Source: Flavobacteriales bacterium (GTDB lineage Bacteria; Bacteroidota; Bacteroidia; CAIKAF01). From it: 64,000 nt of DNA. The stretch is taken from the NCBI GenBank assembly GCA_026418175.1, contig JAOABX010000006.1:36615-100614 (forward strand), given 5' to 3'. Both the position numbers and the translations under genes were made by a program. This document shows, one piece after another, positions 8,673 through 18,822 of this stretch. The notes below the pieces were generated by a model. That model made no database searches. It saw only the letters and a program-made list of their open reading frames with translations, and was not told the origin of the DNA. The first letter of the stretch is position 1; each line of letters starts with the position of its first letter.

Positions 8673-10415
8673 TTATTTATAGCTCAAATCCGCAAGATCA
8701 TCAAAACGGATATCTTTCACATCTAATTCCAATGTCGTTTTCCCATTCCAAACATTTTGACGGATATTACACACCACATGAAATTCAGCGCCGGCAGCAA
8801 TTCTTTGGAAATGTTGCCCTTGCTTAAACGCAATGGCTCCAAACGTTAAATCAGGACGATGTAGATGGAATACGTACATTTTCAAATGGTTTTCCCCCAC
8901 AACGCGTGTCCATTGATTGGCAACCAGGTTTCGTATAAGAAACACCGGATCCATATTTCCCGGCCCAAAAGGAGCAAACTGGCTTATCACTTTATAAAAA
9001 TTGGGAGTAATCTGTTCCAGTGTTATTTCTTCATCAATTTCAATTTCAGGAACTCGCAATTCTGCAGGCCAGGTTTGATTCACAACCTGATCAAAACGTT
9101 GCCTAAAACGTTCTACATTTTCCAATGACAAAGTAACACCGGCAGCATGCATGTGCCCACCATAATTTTCAAGCAAATCGGCACAAGCCTCAATGGCAGC
9201 ATGCACATCAAAACCTTTTACAGACCGAGCCGAACCTGTTGCCTTACCATTGCTTTCCGTTAGTATGATGGTAGGTTTGTAATGTTTTTCTATTACCCTT
9301 GATGCAACAATCCCCACCACCCCTTTATGCCATTCTGGATGAAATAATACATGCGATGATGCTTGTTGAAAAATTTCATTTTCTTCAATCATCAAAAGTG
9401 CTTGATCTGTGATTTTTTTGTCAAGTTCACGTCGGGCAGTATTATTATCGTTCAATTGCTGCAACAATGTTGAAATCTCTGGATCTTCCGGTAACGACAA
9501 CAATAGTTTAACGGCTCCCTCACCATGTTGAATACGGCCAGCCGCATTTATTCGTGGGCCAATAATAAATACAACATCTTCAACTGTAAAATCACGTTCT
9601 AGCGAAGCAAACTTACGAATGGCATCAATTCCCGGACGTGGTTTTGTATTGATGATTTGTAATCCAAAATAAACCAATACCCTATTTTCACCTGTTAGAG
9701 GCACTATATCACTGCAGGTACTAACAGCCACCAAGTCTAAATAGGCAAATAATTTTTCATGAGATACCTGAAACTTAACAGAAAGCGCTTGCAAGAGTTT
9801 AAATCCCACCCCACATCCTGATAATTCCTTATACGGATAATTGCATCCAGATTGTTTGGGATTAAGAATAGCAATAGCCTGAGGCAAATCATTTTCATCG
9901 GGCAAATGATGATCACAAATAATAAAATCAATACCATGGCTTGCTGCGTAAGCAACTTTATCCGGCGATTTAATTCCACAATCCAAAGAAATTATGAGTT
10001 GAAAACCATTCTGCACGGCATAATCAATGCCCTGAAACGATATACCATATCCTTCTGTATAACGATCTGGCACATAAAATCCTATGTTATCGTATTTTAA
10101 TTCATCACGAAAAAAAGAAAACATCATAGCAACGGCAGTAGTTCCATCCACGTCATAATCTCCAAAAAATAAAATCTTTTGATGCTGCTCTATTGCCAAT
10201 AAAACCCTGCTGACGGCTTTATTCATATCTTTCATCAACAAGGGGGAATGCAAATGACTGAGATTAGGCCTAAAAAAGTTTTTGGCTTCATCAAAATCAC
10301 CTATTCCGCGTTTCATCAACAAGGAAGCTACCGGCAAACTCACATTGATGCTGGACGCAAGCTGATGAATCTCTGCAGTAGAGGGTGTAGCTTTTATTAT
10401 CCACCGTTTATGCAT
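8673..10415 (-). CDS. recJ: Single-stranded-DNA-specific exonuclease RecJ
   Basis: 580 aa with DHH-family motifs (GDYDVDGTT, ICDHH) and the DHHA1 motif GGHMHAAG. Confidence 0.9.
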   Translation of the reverse strand: MHKRWIIKATPSTAEIHQLASSINVSLPVASLLMKRGIGDFDEAKNFFRPNLSHLHSPLLMKDMNKAVSRVLLAIEQHQKILFFGDYDVDGTTAVAMMFSFFRDELKYDNIGFYVPDRYTEGYGISFQGIDYAVQNGFQLIISLDCGIKSPDKVAYAASHGIDFIICDHHLPDENDLPQAIAILNPKQSGCNYPYKELSGCGVGFKLLQALSVKFQVSHEKLFAYLDLVAVSTCSDIVPLTGENRVLVYFGLQIINTKPRPGIDAIRKFASLERDFTVEDVVFIIGPRINAAGRIQHGEGAVKLLLSLPEDPEISTLLQQLNDNNTARRELDKKITDQALLMIEENEIFQQASSHVLFHPEWHKGVVGIVASRVIEKHYKPTIILTESNGKATGSARSVKGFDVHAAIEACADLLENYGGHMHAAGVTLSLENVERFRQRFDQVVNQTWPAELRVPEIEIDEEITLEQITPNFYKVISQFAPFGPGNMDPVFLIRNLVANQWTRVVGENHLKMYVFHLHRPDLTFGAIAFKQGQHFQRIAAGAEFHVVCNIRQNVWNGKTTLELDVKDIRFDDLADLSYK

Positions 10416-10782
10416 ACCTTACAATCCAATGACCCAAAAAGCAAAAAGAAATACAAAGCGTTACACTAAAAAAAATATTGAGTAAAGCATAAACCCACTG
10501 CCCCGTTTCGATCAATTTTAATGTTTGCGCCGAAAAGGTAGAAAATGTGCTCATTCCGCCACAAAAACCTGTAATTAACAACCACTGTGCATTGGCAGAA
10601 AGTATTTGCTTTTCATGTGCCATAGCAAGGAACATTCCCACCAAGGTGCTGGCAAAAATATTAATTACTAATATGGGTAATGGGAAATCGCTTTTATAAA
10701 ACTGAGATATTCCAATATCTGCTAAATAACGTACACTACCCCCTAAACCACTTCCCAAAAAAACAAGTAATACCTGCTTCAT
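10408..10782 (-). CDS. crcB: Fluoride ion channel CrcB/FluC
   Basis: 124 aa with 4 TM segments and the motifs GGSVRY and TGFCGGMSTFSTF. Its stop overlaps the recJ start by 8 nt. Confidence 0.85.
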   Translation of the reverse strand: MKQVLLVFLGSGLGGSVRYLADIGISQFYKSDFPLPILVINIFASTLVGMFLAMAHEKQILSANAQWLLITGFCGGMSTFSTFSAQTLKLIETGQWVYALLNIFFSVTLCISFCFLGHWIVRYA

Positions 10783-10884
10783 TTTGTATATTAATTATGT
10801 CCTTAAAATTAAAAAAATCTTTGTGTTTCGTAACTTTCAATAGAACCATTTCTGAACAGCTCTAGAAAAACTTTGTTTACATTT

Positions 10885-11946
10885 ATGGTGATGAATAAAA
10901 GAAAAATACTGATATACGGAGCGTATGGCTTTACCGGAAAATTGGTAGTAAAAGAAGCTTTAATGCAAGGATTAGATGCAGTTGCAGCTGGCAGAAACCA
11001 AGAAGCACTTAAGGATGTGGCCTCTGAATATAAGGTTGATTTTCGTGTTTTTTCTTTAGAAGATGTTTCAAAAATTATCAATAACCTTCATGATATACAC
11101 ACAGTAATTCATTGTGCTGGGCCATTTCATCTTACCTATAAACCCATGATAGATGCCTGCCTTGCAACAGGAACACACTATTTAGACATTACTGGTGAAT
11201 GGAAAGTGTTTGAAGCAATACAAAAACTACAACCCCTGTTTTTGCAAAATGGGATAATGGTAATGCCAGGAGCAGGATTTGATGTGGTGCCATCTGATTG
11301 CTTAGCCAATAAAATGAAAGAATTAATGCCTAATGCTCAACAATTGATGCTTGCCTTTAGCAGCGTGGGGGGATCGTGGAGTGGTGGTACCCTAAAAACC
11401 ATGATTGATGGATTGGGCGATGGTGGAAAAATAAGAATAGAAGGCAAACTAACTACCGTTCCTTATGCATACAAAATCAAACGAATCAACTATGGCCCAT
11501 TTGAAACCATAAGTACTACCATTCCATGGGGCGATATAAGCACTGCATGGTTTAGTACAGGTATTCCAAACATTGAAGTATATTTAGGTGCAACCGAATC
11601 AATGATTAAACAAATGAAGCGCCTGAATTGGATAGCGCCTGTTTTAAAAGCAGGCTGGGTGCGAAGTATCATGAAAAAGCAAGTGGAAAAAAACAGGCAT
11701 CGTTTTGAGAAAAAAACATTAAACATAGAGGCTAAAAGTTATTTTTACTGTAAAGTTGAAGATAAATCCGGTGCATTTGTAGAAGGAAGATTAGAAACCA
11801 TTAACGGGTATTTACTTACTGCAAAAACTGCTGCATTAATTGCAAAAAAATGTGTTTCTGAAAATTTTAAGCCCGGCTATCAAACTCCTGCGTCTGCTTA
11901 CGGATGGAAACTAATTGAAGAAATTGAAGAATCAAGATTTTTCTAA
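10885..11946 (+). CDS. Saccharopine-dehydrogenase-like NAD(P)-binding protein
   Basis: N-terminal Rossmann motif ILIYGAYGFTGK. Length and pattern fit the saccharopine dehydrogenase-like family. I prefer the ATG at 10885 (or 10891) over the TTG at 10873 used in the ORF track. Confidence 0.6.
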   Translation: MVMNKRKILIYGAYGFTGKLVVKEALMQGLDAVAAGRNQEALKDVASEYKVDFRVFSLEDVSKIINNLHDIHTVIHCAGPFHLTYKPMIDACLATGTHYLDITGEWKVFEAIQKLQPLFLQNGIMVMPGAGFDVVPSDCLANKMKELMPNAQQLMLAFSSVGGSWSGGTLKTMIDGLGDGGKIRIEGKLTTVPYAYKIKRINYGPFETISTTIPWGDISTAWFSTGIPNIEVYLGATESMIKQMKRLNWIAPVLKAGWVRSIMKKQVEKNRHRFEKKTLNIEAKSYFYCKVEDKSGAFVEGRLETINGYLLTAKTAALIAKKCVSENFKPGYQTPASAYGWKLIEEIEESRFF

Positions 11947-11949
11947 ACT

Positions 11950-12549
11950 ATGTTTACAGGAATCATCGAACAATTAGGTACAGTTGTAAATATTCAGCCT
12001 AAGGGCACCAACATTCAGTTGAGTATAAAAGCTCCTTTTTTATCCGAATTAAAAATTGATCAAAGCATTGCTCATCATGGGGTATGTTTGACTGTAGATG
12101 GTATATATCACGATTATTACACTGTAACAGCCATTGAAGAAACTTTAAAAAGAACGAATCTAGGCAATTTAAAAACCGGCGATGTTATTAACTTAGAACG
12201 TTGTATGAAGTTGGGAGACCGTCTGGATGGACATATTGTTCAGGGGCATGTTGACACGATTGCAAGGGTTGAAAAGATTACAGAAAATGATGGAAGCTGG
12301 GAATTTGAGTTTAGTTATTCAAACACTCAATATGTTACCGTTGAAAAAGGTTCAATTACCGTAAATGGCGTTAGCTTAACGGTTGTAAAAAGCGAACCAG
12401 GCTATTTTTCAGTTGCTATTATTCCTTATACATTTGAAAATACACATTTTAAGTATTTACAAATCGGAGATTTTGTAAACCTCGAGTTTGACGTGATAGG
12501 AAAATATGTAGAACGTTTGCTTTTAGGTTACAAAAAAGCATTAATTTAG
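11950..12549 (+). CDS. ribE: Riboflavin synthase alpha chain
   Basis: 199 aa. It starts MFTGIIE and contains two lumazine-binding repeats (GVCLTV.. / GVSLTV..). Confidence 0.9.
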   Translation: MFTGIIEQLGTVVNIQPKGTNIQLSIKAPFLSELKIDQSIAHHGVCLTVDGIYHDYYTVTAIEETLKRTNLGNLKTGDVINLERCMKLGDRLDGHIVQGHVDTIARVEKITENDGSWEFEFSYSNTQYVTVEKGSITVNGVSLTVVKSEPGYFSVAIIPYTFENTHFKYLQIGDFVNLEFDVIGKYVERLLLGYKKALI

Positions 12550-12572
12550 TATACTAATGTAAATTCCCATTT

Positions 12573-15299
12573 ATGAAAAAGATTACACGTATATTAAAAT
12601 TTGGTCTTATAATACCTTTTATTACAGGTTTTATTTGGGCACAAGAACCTGTATTTTTTCCAGCCAATGAATTAGAAGCTATTCACTTGGCTTCTCAGCG
12701 GAGAATCATACCAAACAAATACTTATTTATAAAAACTGATTTTGATGCATTAAAAACTTTATTAAATCAAGCCCCGCATGAAAATCAAATGACCGGAGGG
12801 ATGTCATTTAAATACCCTATGCCTGATGGCACTATTCAAGATTTTGAAATCTGGCAGTATGATATGATGGAGCCTGGATTAGCCAACCAATTACCGGGAA
12901 TAAAAACATTTTTAGGGAAAGGTAAAACCGATCCCTATGCAGTATTACGTTTAGATTATACATATCAAGGATTTCATGGCTATATCCTTTCTCCATTTGG
13001 TACGGCAGCTATTGACCCCTATGCCTTTGGTAATACAACTTATTACATATCATACTTCAAAGAAGACTTACCCAACATTCATGCTACGCATTTTGAGTGC
13101 GGCATAAATGAAGGTGTTACTATTGTAAATGACGACGATTTGCCAACCATAAAATCAATATTGCCTTTGGGTACTCAACGAAGAAATTATCGTTTAGCTT
13201 TGGCTTGCACCGGTGAATATGCTACCTATCATGGAGGTACAATAACCAGTGTTGCATCAGCCATGACTACAGCCATGAACCGTGTAAATGGTGTGTATGA
13301 AAGAGATTTGGCGGTTCGTATGAATTTAGTGTCGAATAACAATAGTCTTATTTATTTGAATGCGGCAACAGATCCATATACAAACGATAACGGTGCTGCG
13401 ATGTTAAGCCAAAATCAAACCACAGTAACCAACGTAATTGGGTCAGCCAATTACGACATCGGCCATGTATTTAGTACGGGGGGTGGAGGAATTGCCAGCC
13501 TTGCCTCGTTATGCGATAATAGTGTAAAAGCACAAGGAGTAACCGGCTTACCTGCACCCACCGGAGATCCTTTTTATATAGATTATGTGGCACATGAAAT
13601 GGGGCATCAATTTAATGGTGGGCATACTTTTAACTCTACTGCCGGAAGTTGTAATGGAAATCGCTCAGCAAACGATGCGTACGAGCCGGGTAGTGGAAGT
13701 ACCATCATGGCCTATGCTGGTATATGCGCACCTGACAATATTCAAAACAACAGTGATGATTATTTTCACGCCAGAAGCTATCGAACTATTTATACTGAAA
13801 TTGTAACAAACGAAGCAAGCTGCCCCACAACAACCAATACCGGGAATAATCCTCCTACGGTCAATGCTGGAAATGGAGGTAAGTATGTTCCAATCTCTAC
13901 ACCTTTTAAACTTACAGCTATAGGCAACGATCCGGATGGACATAGTTTAACTTATTGCTGGGAGCAATACGATTTGGGAAATTCAATTCCACTAACAACG
14001 AATCCCACATCAGGCACCCCACCACTTTTTCGCTCATTTAAACCAGATACTTCTGCCACTCGTTATTTTCCTCGATTACAACTAGTAGTAAATAATTCAA
14101 GCGATAATCGGGAAAAACTTCCTACTTACACGCGTATAATGACATTTCGTTGTACCGTAAGAGACAATGTAGCTAATGGTGGGGGAATTAGTTTTGACAC
14201 CGTAGGATACAATTTTACTGCATCAGCAGGTCCATTTCTGGTTACAGCTCCTAACAACAGCTCTGTTTTTTGGGTTTCTAATTCAACACAAACCGTAACT
14301 TGGGATGTAGCCAACACCAATGTATCACCGGTAAGTTGTAATCAGGTTAACATTCGACTTTCGGTTGATGGAGGATATACTTATCCTTATTTATTAGCCG
14401 CCAACACTCCCAATGATGGTTCGCAAACAATTACTGTACCTAATATTGGAACTACTACAACAACTTGTCGGGTAATGGTAGAAGCAGTAAATAATATTTT
14501 TTATGATATATCGAACGCTAATTTTACCATATCTCCTTCTGCGCCACAAGCTCCGGTTGCTGCTTTCACTGCGAATGATTTTAACATCTGCGAAGGTCAA
14601 TTTGTAAACTTTACAGACCAGTCAACAAATGGCCCTACCAGTTGGTTATGGAATTTTGGTGGAGGTGCAAATCCAGCCACATCTACTGTTCAAAATCCCA
14701 GCAATATTTTGTTTAATACTGCCGGTACTTACACTGTAACACTTACTGCTTCAAACGTAAGCGGTTCAAGTACTAGTACTCAAACCATTGTAGTAAATCC
14801 ACTGCCAACAGCATCCTTTACCACTACTCCGGCAAACAATGGTCTAAACAATGGCTCTGCTACGGCAACACCTACTGGTGGTACACCTCCCTTCAGCTAC
14901 CAATGGTTTAGTAATCCTATTCAAAATACACAATCTGCTAGCAATTTACCAGCCGGAACCATTGGTTTTACTATTACTGACGGGAATGGTTGTAGTAGAA
15001 ATTATAATGTTATTATCCCCGATAATACATCCATGGAAGCTGCTCACTGGATGGAAGAGATAACAATATATCCAAATCCGGCAACTGAAACTGTTCAGGT
15101 AAGATTAGGAAATATTGCATTCACAGATAAAATTCATGTTAGTTTATTTAATAATCTTGGTCAAGCTGTTTATAGCAAAACAATACCATTTGAAACCGTT
15201 CTAAAAATTCCCATTCATGAATTTGCCTCCGGGTGGTATTTTATAAAAATTGAAGCCAATGATGGTGCAAAACAATTACCACTAATTATTCGTAAATAA
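12573..15299 (+). CDS. Secreted reprolysin-like zinc metalloprotease with PKD and SprB-type repeats and a T9SS C-terminal sorting domain
   Basis: 908 aa with a signal peptide and the zincin motif HEMGHQFNGGH. It has a PKD-like segment (FTANDFNICEGQFVNFTDQS...WNFGGG) and a SprB-like repeat (GGTPPFSYQW...GNGCSRNYNVII). The C-terminal ITIYPNPATETVQVRL...YFIKIE is typical of type A T9SS CTDs. Confidence 0.75.
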   Translation: MKKITRILKFGLIIPFITGFIWAQEPVFFPANELEAIHLASQRRIIPNKYLFIKTDFDALKTLLNQAPHENQMTGGMSFKYPMPDGTIQDFEIWQYDMMEPGLANQLPGIKTFLGKGKTDPYAVLRLDYTYQGFHGYILSPFGTAAIDPYAFGNTTYYISYFKEDLPNIHATHFECGINEGVTIVNDDDLPTIKSILPLGTQRRNYRLALACTGEYATYHGGTITSVASAMTTAMNRVNGVYERDLAVRMNLVSNNNSLIYLNAATDPYTNDNGAAMLSQNQTTVTNVIGSANYDIGHVFSTGGGGIASLASLCDNSVKAQGVTGLPAPTGDPFYIDYVAHEMGHQFNGGHTFNSTAGSCNGNRSANDAYEPGSGSTIMAYAGICAPDNIQNNSDDYFHARSYRTIYTEIVTNEASCPTTTNTGNNPPTVNAGNGGKYVPISTPFKLTAIGNDPDGHSLTYCWEQYDLGNSIPLTTNPTSGTPPLFRSFKPDTSATRYFPRLQLVVNNSSDNREKLPTYTRIMTFRCTVRDNVANGGGISFDTVGYNFTASAGPFLVTAPNNSSVFWVSNSTQTVTWDVANTNVSPVSCNQVNIRLSVDGGYTYPYLLAANTPNDGSQTITVPNIGTTTTTCRVMVEAVNNIFYDISNANFTISPSAPQAPVAAFTANDFNICEGQFVNFTDQSTNGPTSWLWNFGGGANPATSTVQNPSNILFNTAGTYTVTLTASNVSGSSTSTQTIVVNPLPTASFTTTPANNGLNNGSATATPTGGTPPFSYQWFSNPIQNTQSASNLPAGTIGFTITDGNGCSRNYNVIIPDNTSMEAAHWMEEITIYPNPATETVQVRLGNIAFTDKIHVSLFNNLGQAVYSKTIPFETVLKIPIHEFASGWYFIKIEANDGAKQLPLIIRK

Positions 15300-15310
15300 T
15301 TTATTGTAAG

Positions 15311-15339
15311 AAAAACCCGGATATACTCCGGGTTTTTTT
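15311..15339. terminator. Bidirectional intrinsic terminator between the convergent protease and tatC genes
   Basis: AAAAACCCGGA-tatac-TCCGGGTTTTT forms an 11-bp stem flanked by an A-tract and a T-tract. Confidence 0.65.
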
Positions 15340-16138
15340 ATGCCTCTTTGTATACTCTCCTTGCAATGATAATGCTTACTTCATAAAGCAATGTAAGTGG
15401 TATTGCTACCAAAATTTGGCTTGCTACATCAGGCGGTGTAATTATTGCAGCCAGTAATAAAATAACTACAATGGCATGTTTTCGATATTTCTTCAAGAAC
15501 ATTGGCGAAACAACTCCGAGCTTTGCCAGAAAATAAACAAATACTGGCAGTTCAAACAAAATTCCACAACCTAATATAACCATCAAAATAGTAGAAATGT
15601 AAGATGTAAATACAGGACTATTATTCACTTTTGACATTACATCATAATTTCCTAAAAATGAAACGGTGAGTGGAGCTAATAAAAAATAACCAAAGGCTAT
15701 CCCAAGTATAAATAAGCCAGAAATATAAAATACAATTCCAGTAATTTTCTTTTGTTCGCCAGCATGCAAAGCCGGCTTAATAAACCGCCACATTTCCCAT
15801 GCTACATAAGGAAAAGCTATAACAAATCCTGCAATTAATGACCCCCAAATATGCCATGTAAATTGTGCGCCCATCTGTAAACTCACAAAATTAGAAAAGG
15901 GAAGTTTTCCTATACACAATGCCGGAAGAGCCAATATTTCAGATAACGAACACAGCAAGCGATAAGTAATAAAATCTTCTTCTGCCGGTGCAAATAAAAT
16001 TTTATCAAAGAGTATATCGGGAAAAATAAAAATCACAATGGCACCAATCAATATAGCCACTACAGAACGCACCAAATGCCATCGGAGCTCTTCCAGATGC
16101 TCTAAAAACGACATGTCTTTGGGGTCATTCATGCTCAA
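15338..16138 (-). CDS. tatC: Twin-arginine translocase subunit TatC
   Basis: 266 aa with 6 TM segments. The N-terminal MSFLEHLEELRWHLVRS is the conserved TatC start. Confidence 0.85.
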   Translation of the reverse strand: MSMNDPKDMSFLEHLEELRWHLVRSVVAILIGAIVIFIFPDILFDKILFAPAEEDFITYRLLCSLSEILALPALCIGKLPFSNFVSLQMGAQFTWHIWGSLIAGFVIAFPYVAWEMWRFIKPALHAGEQKKITGIVFYISGLFILGIAFGYFLLAPLTVSFLGNYDVMSKVNNSPVFTSYISTILMVILGCGILFELPVFVYFLAKLGVVSPMFLKKYRKHAIVVILLLAAIITPPDVASQILVAIPLTLLYEVSIIIARRVYKEA

Positions 16139-16141
16139 ATT

Positions 16142-16837
16142 TTATTGCTGTAAAATTTCTCCTCCCGTTGACGTAGATTTTTTAAACTCTCCTGTTGGCT
16201 GTATAGAATAGTATATTTTCCCTCCACTAACCGCTTGAGCATTAAAATTATTACGAACGTTAATCCATACTTGTGCTCCCATTATTGACTTAACAACTGC
16301 ATTGTCTGATATAAGTAATTCAGTTTTTACATTGGCACCGGTTGTAGCATCGATTACTGTGTTTTTTGATTTTCCAGCAACATTTACATTAGAACCTTGC
16401 CCTGCAGATATTTTTAACTCATTTACATCGATAAGCAAATTAGCAAATCCATCCAGCCTGCAATCCAATTCCAGTTTATCAGAAATCAATAAAGAGTCTG
16501 AACGAATGAGCCCTCCAAATGACGTTGATATTTTTTTTAATGCTTCAGTATAAAATACAACAACATGTATATCTGCATCATTGAATATTCCTTGTGTTTT
16601 AACCTGCAGCTCTGCATTATTTACATCAATAAAAACTTTATCACTCGAAATATTCTTCAATCTTAATTCCGCTTTATTTTCATTACCCGGTATCAGAGTT
16701 ACATTGATATTATTAGATACTTTCACTTTATTAAATAGTTTTAAGGCTTTTGTTTCAAGTTGTTGTGCAAAACACAAATGATGTTGTAAAACGAATAACA
16801 TTAGAACGGTAATGATATGCAGAACATTTCTTTTCAT
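16142..16837 (-). CDS. Exported DUF2807 / head-GIN-domain-like beta-helix protein
   Basis: 231 aa with a signal peptide. It has a repetitive pattern of short beta strands with G/N turns and a C-terminal GGKIYY...GGEI, as in putative adhesin head GIN domains. The assignment rests on pattern only. Confidence 0.45.
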   Translation of the reverse strand: MKRNVLHIITVLMLFVLQHHLCFAQQLETKALKLFNKVKVSNNINVTLIPGNENKAELRLKNISSDKVFIDVNNAELQVKTQGIFNDADIHVVVFYTEALKKISTSFGGLIRSDSLLISDKLELDCRLDGFANLLIDVNELKISAGQGSNVNVAGKSKNTVIDATTGANVKTELLISDNAVVKSIMGAQVWINVRNNFNAQAVSGGKIYYSIQPTGEFKKSTSTGGEILQQ

Positions 16838-16854
16838 TACTTATTTTTCCTATA

Positions 16855-16862
16855 CAAAGGTA
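16855..16862 (-). promoter_or_regulatory. Bacteroidota-type -7 box (TACCTTTG on the minus strand) for the DUF2807-tatC unit
   Basis: CAAAGGTA on the plus strand, 17 nt upstream of the ATG at 16837. Confidence 0.35.
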
Positions 16863-16920
16863 TGTGAATTCAGGTAGTATCTTTTATTATGTCTTCAATT
16901 TGATTTTACTTATTTCAATA

Positions 16921-16950
16921 AAAAAGGGAATGTGTGGCATTCCCTTTTTT
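16921..16950. terminator. Intrinsic terminator hairpin downstream of coxI (end of the ACIII-cox transcription unit)
   Basis: AAAAAGGGAATG-tgtgg-CATTCCCTTTTT forms a 12-bp perfect stem with A and T tracts on both sides. Confidence 0.6.
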
Positions 16951-16971
16951 ATATATTAAGAAATTAACTTA

Positions 16972-18795
16972 TTAATGGTGTGCATGTGCTTTTTCCTCTT
17001 CTTTCAATGGCTCCGTTTGCGGAACAAAATCTTCTTCACGATCAGGTAAGCTGTAATCGTAAGCCCAACGATGTACTTCAGGAATAGCACCTGGCCAATT
17101 GCCATGAATATGTTCAACCGGTGTAGTCCACTCCAAGGTTGTAGAATTCCAAGGATTTTGAGGGGCTTTAGGTCCTTTAATCGCACTATAAATAAAGTTG
17201 AAAACAAAGATAAACTGTGCCAATCCGCCAATGATGGCAAAAATTGAAATCAACGTGTTCAAATCAGCAAATCCGTTGAAAATTTCAAATGCAGTATAGT
17301 TATAATAACGGCGAGGAACACCAGCTAAGCCAAAGTAATGCATGGGGAAAAACACACCGTAAGCTGAAATAAGCGTCAGCCAAAAATGTGCATATCCCAA
17401 TTTATTATTCATCATGCGGCCAAAGAGTTTAGGGAACCAATGATACGTACCCGCAAACGTTCCAAACATAGAAGCCACCCCCATAACAATATGGAAGTGA
17501 GCAACCACAAAATATGTATTATGCAGATTAACATCCAATGCAGAGTCTGCCAAAATAATACCAGTTAACCCTCCGGTTATAAAGAGCGAAACTACTCCAA
17601 TGGCAAACATCATAGCCGGAGTGAAACGAATATTTCCTTTCCACAACGTAGTAATGTAGTTAAATGCTTTAATGGCCGAAGGAATAGCAATTAAAAGCGT
17701 TGTAAATGTAAATACAGAACCAAGAAATGGATTCATTCCTGTAATATACATATGGTGCCCCCATACGATGAATGATAAGAAGGCTATTGCCAACATGGAA
17801 GCAATCATGGCGCGGTACCCGAAAATAGGTTTGCGAGAATTTACTGCAATTACTTCAGAGGTAATTCCCAGTGAAGGTACAAGAATTATATAAACTTCCG
17901 GGTGACCTAAAAACCAAAACAGGTGCTGATACAAAATAGGACTTCCGCCTGTTTGCTCTAATGCCTGTCCACCAATAAAAATATCTGACAAGTAAAAGCT
18001 GGTTCCAAAACTTCTGTCAAAAATCAGCAACAAAGCAGCAGCCAACAATACTGGGAATGACAAAAGTCCAAGAATGGCAGTAATTAAAAAGGCCCACACG
18101 GTTAAAGGAAGTCTTGTCATTGACATTCCTTTGGTTCGTAAATTCACTACTGTTGTAATGTAATTTAAACCACCCATTAATACCGAAATAATGAATAACG
18201 CAATACTAATTAACCAAAGTGTCATTCCCAATCCAGAACCTTGCGAAGCCTGTGGCAAGGCACTCAACGGTGGATAAACTACCCATCCGCTCGAAGCTGG
18301 TCCGGTTTCTACAAATAAAGAAATCATCATCACCAAGCTAGATAAGAAGAAAAACCAATACGAAAGCATATTTATGAATGGTGATGCCATATCACGAGCC
18401 CCGATTTGTAAAGGAATAAGCAAGTTACTGAATGTTCCACTTAATCCTGCAGTTAGCACCATGAACACGAGAATTGTTCCATGAATAGTAACAGCTGCCA
18501 AGTAAAAGTTTGGATCAAGAATACCCCCTTTTGCCCATTTTCCTAAAAATGTTTCTAAAATAGGCATCGGCTGATTGGGCCATCCCAATTGAATTCTAAA
18601 AAACAAGCTAAGCGCCATACCCACCAATCCCATGAAAATACCAGTAATCAGGAATTGCTTGGCAATCATTTTATGATCCATGCTAAAGATATACTTCGAA
18701 ATGAAGCTTTCTTTATGATGGCCATGGTCAGCGTGATTTTCGTGAGCATGATCTGCTACATGGGCCTCAGCATGTGTTGAATGAATTTCGCTCAT
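16972..18795 (-). CDS. ctaD: Cytochrome c oxidase subunit I (heme-copper oxidase)
   Basis: 607 aa with the motifs WFLGHPEVYIL and WGHHMY and 12 or more TM segments. It has a His-rich N-terminus (9 His in the first 27 residues) and ends in AHAHH. Confidence 0.9.
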   Translation of the reverse strand: MSEIHSTHAEAHVADHAHENHADHGHHKESFISKYIFSMDHKMIAKQFLITGIFMGLVGMALSLFFRIQLGWPNQPMPILETFLGKWAKGGILDPNFYLAAVTIHGTILVFMVLTAGLSGTFSNLLIPLQIGARDMASPFINMLSYWFFFLSSLVMMISLFVETGPASSGWVVYPPLSALPQASQGSGLGMTLWLISIALFIISVLMGGLNYITTVVNLRTKGMSMTRLPLTVWAFLITAILGLLSFPVLLAAALLLIFDRSFGTSFYLSDIFIGGQALEQTGGSPILYQHLFWFLGHPEVYIILVPSLGITSEVIAVNSRKPIFGYRAMIASMLAIAFLSFIVWGHHMYITGMNPFLGSVFTFTTLLIAIPSAIKAFNYITTLWKGNIRFTPAMMFAIGVVSLFITGGLTGIILADSALDVNLHNTYFVVAHFHIVMGVASMFGTFAGTYHWFPKLFGRMMNNKLGYAHFWLTLISAYGVFFPMHYFGLAGVPRRYYNYTAFEIFNGFADLNTLISIFAIIGGLAQFIFVFNFIYSAIKGPKAPQNPWNSTTLEWTTPVEHIHGNWPGAIPEVHRWAYDYSLPDREEDFVPQTEPLKEEEKAHAHH

Positions 18796-18822
18796 AATGG
18801 TAAATTTAATGTGTAACCAATA

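Noticed and set aside
10809-11081. 90-aa minus-strand ORF spanning the crcB / dehydrogenase divergent region (also 6062..6355, 97 aa, overlapping the desaturase start)
   Set aside because: Both overlap the 5' ends of well-supported genes on the other strand. They have no motifs and their composition is implausible for real proteins.
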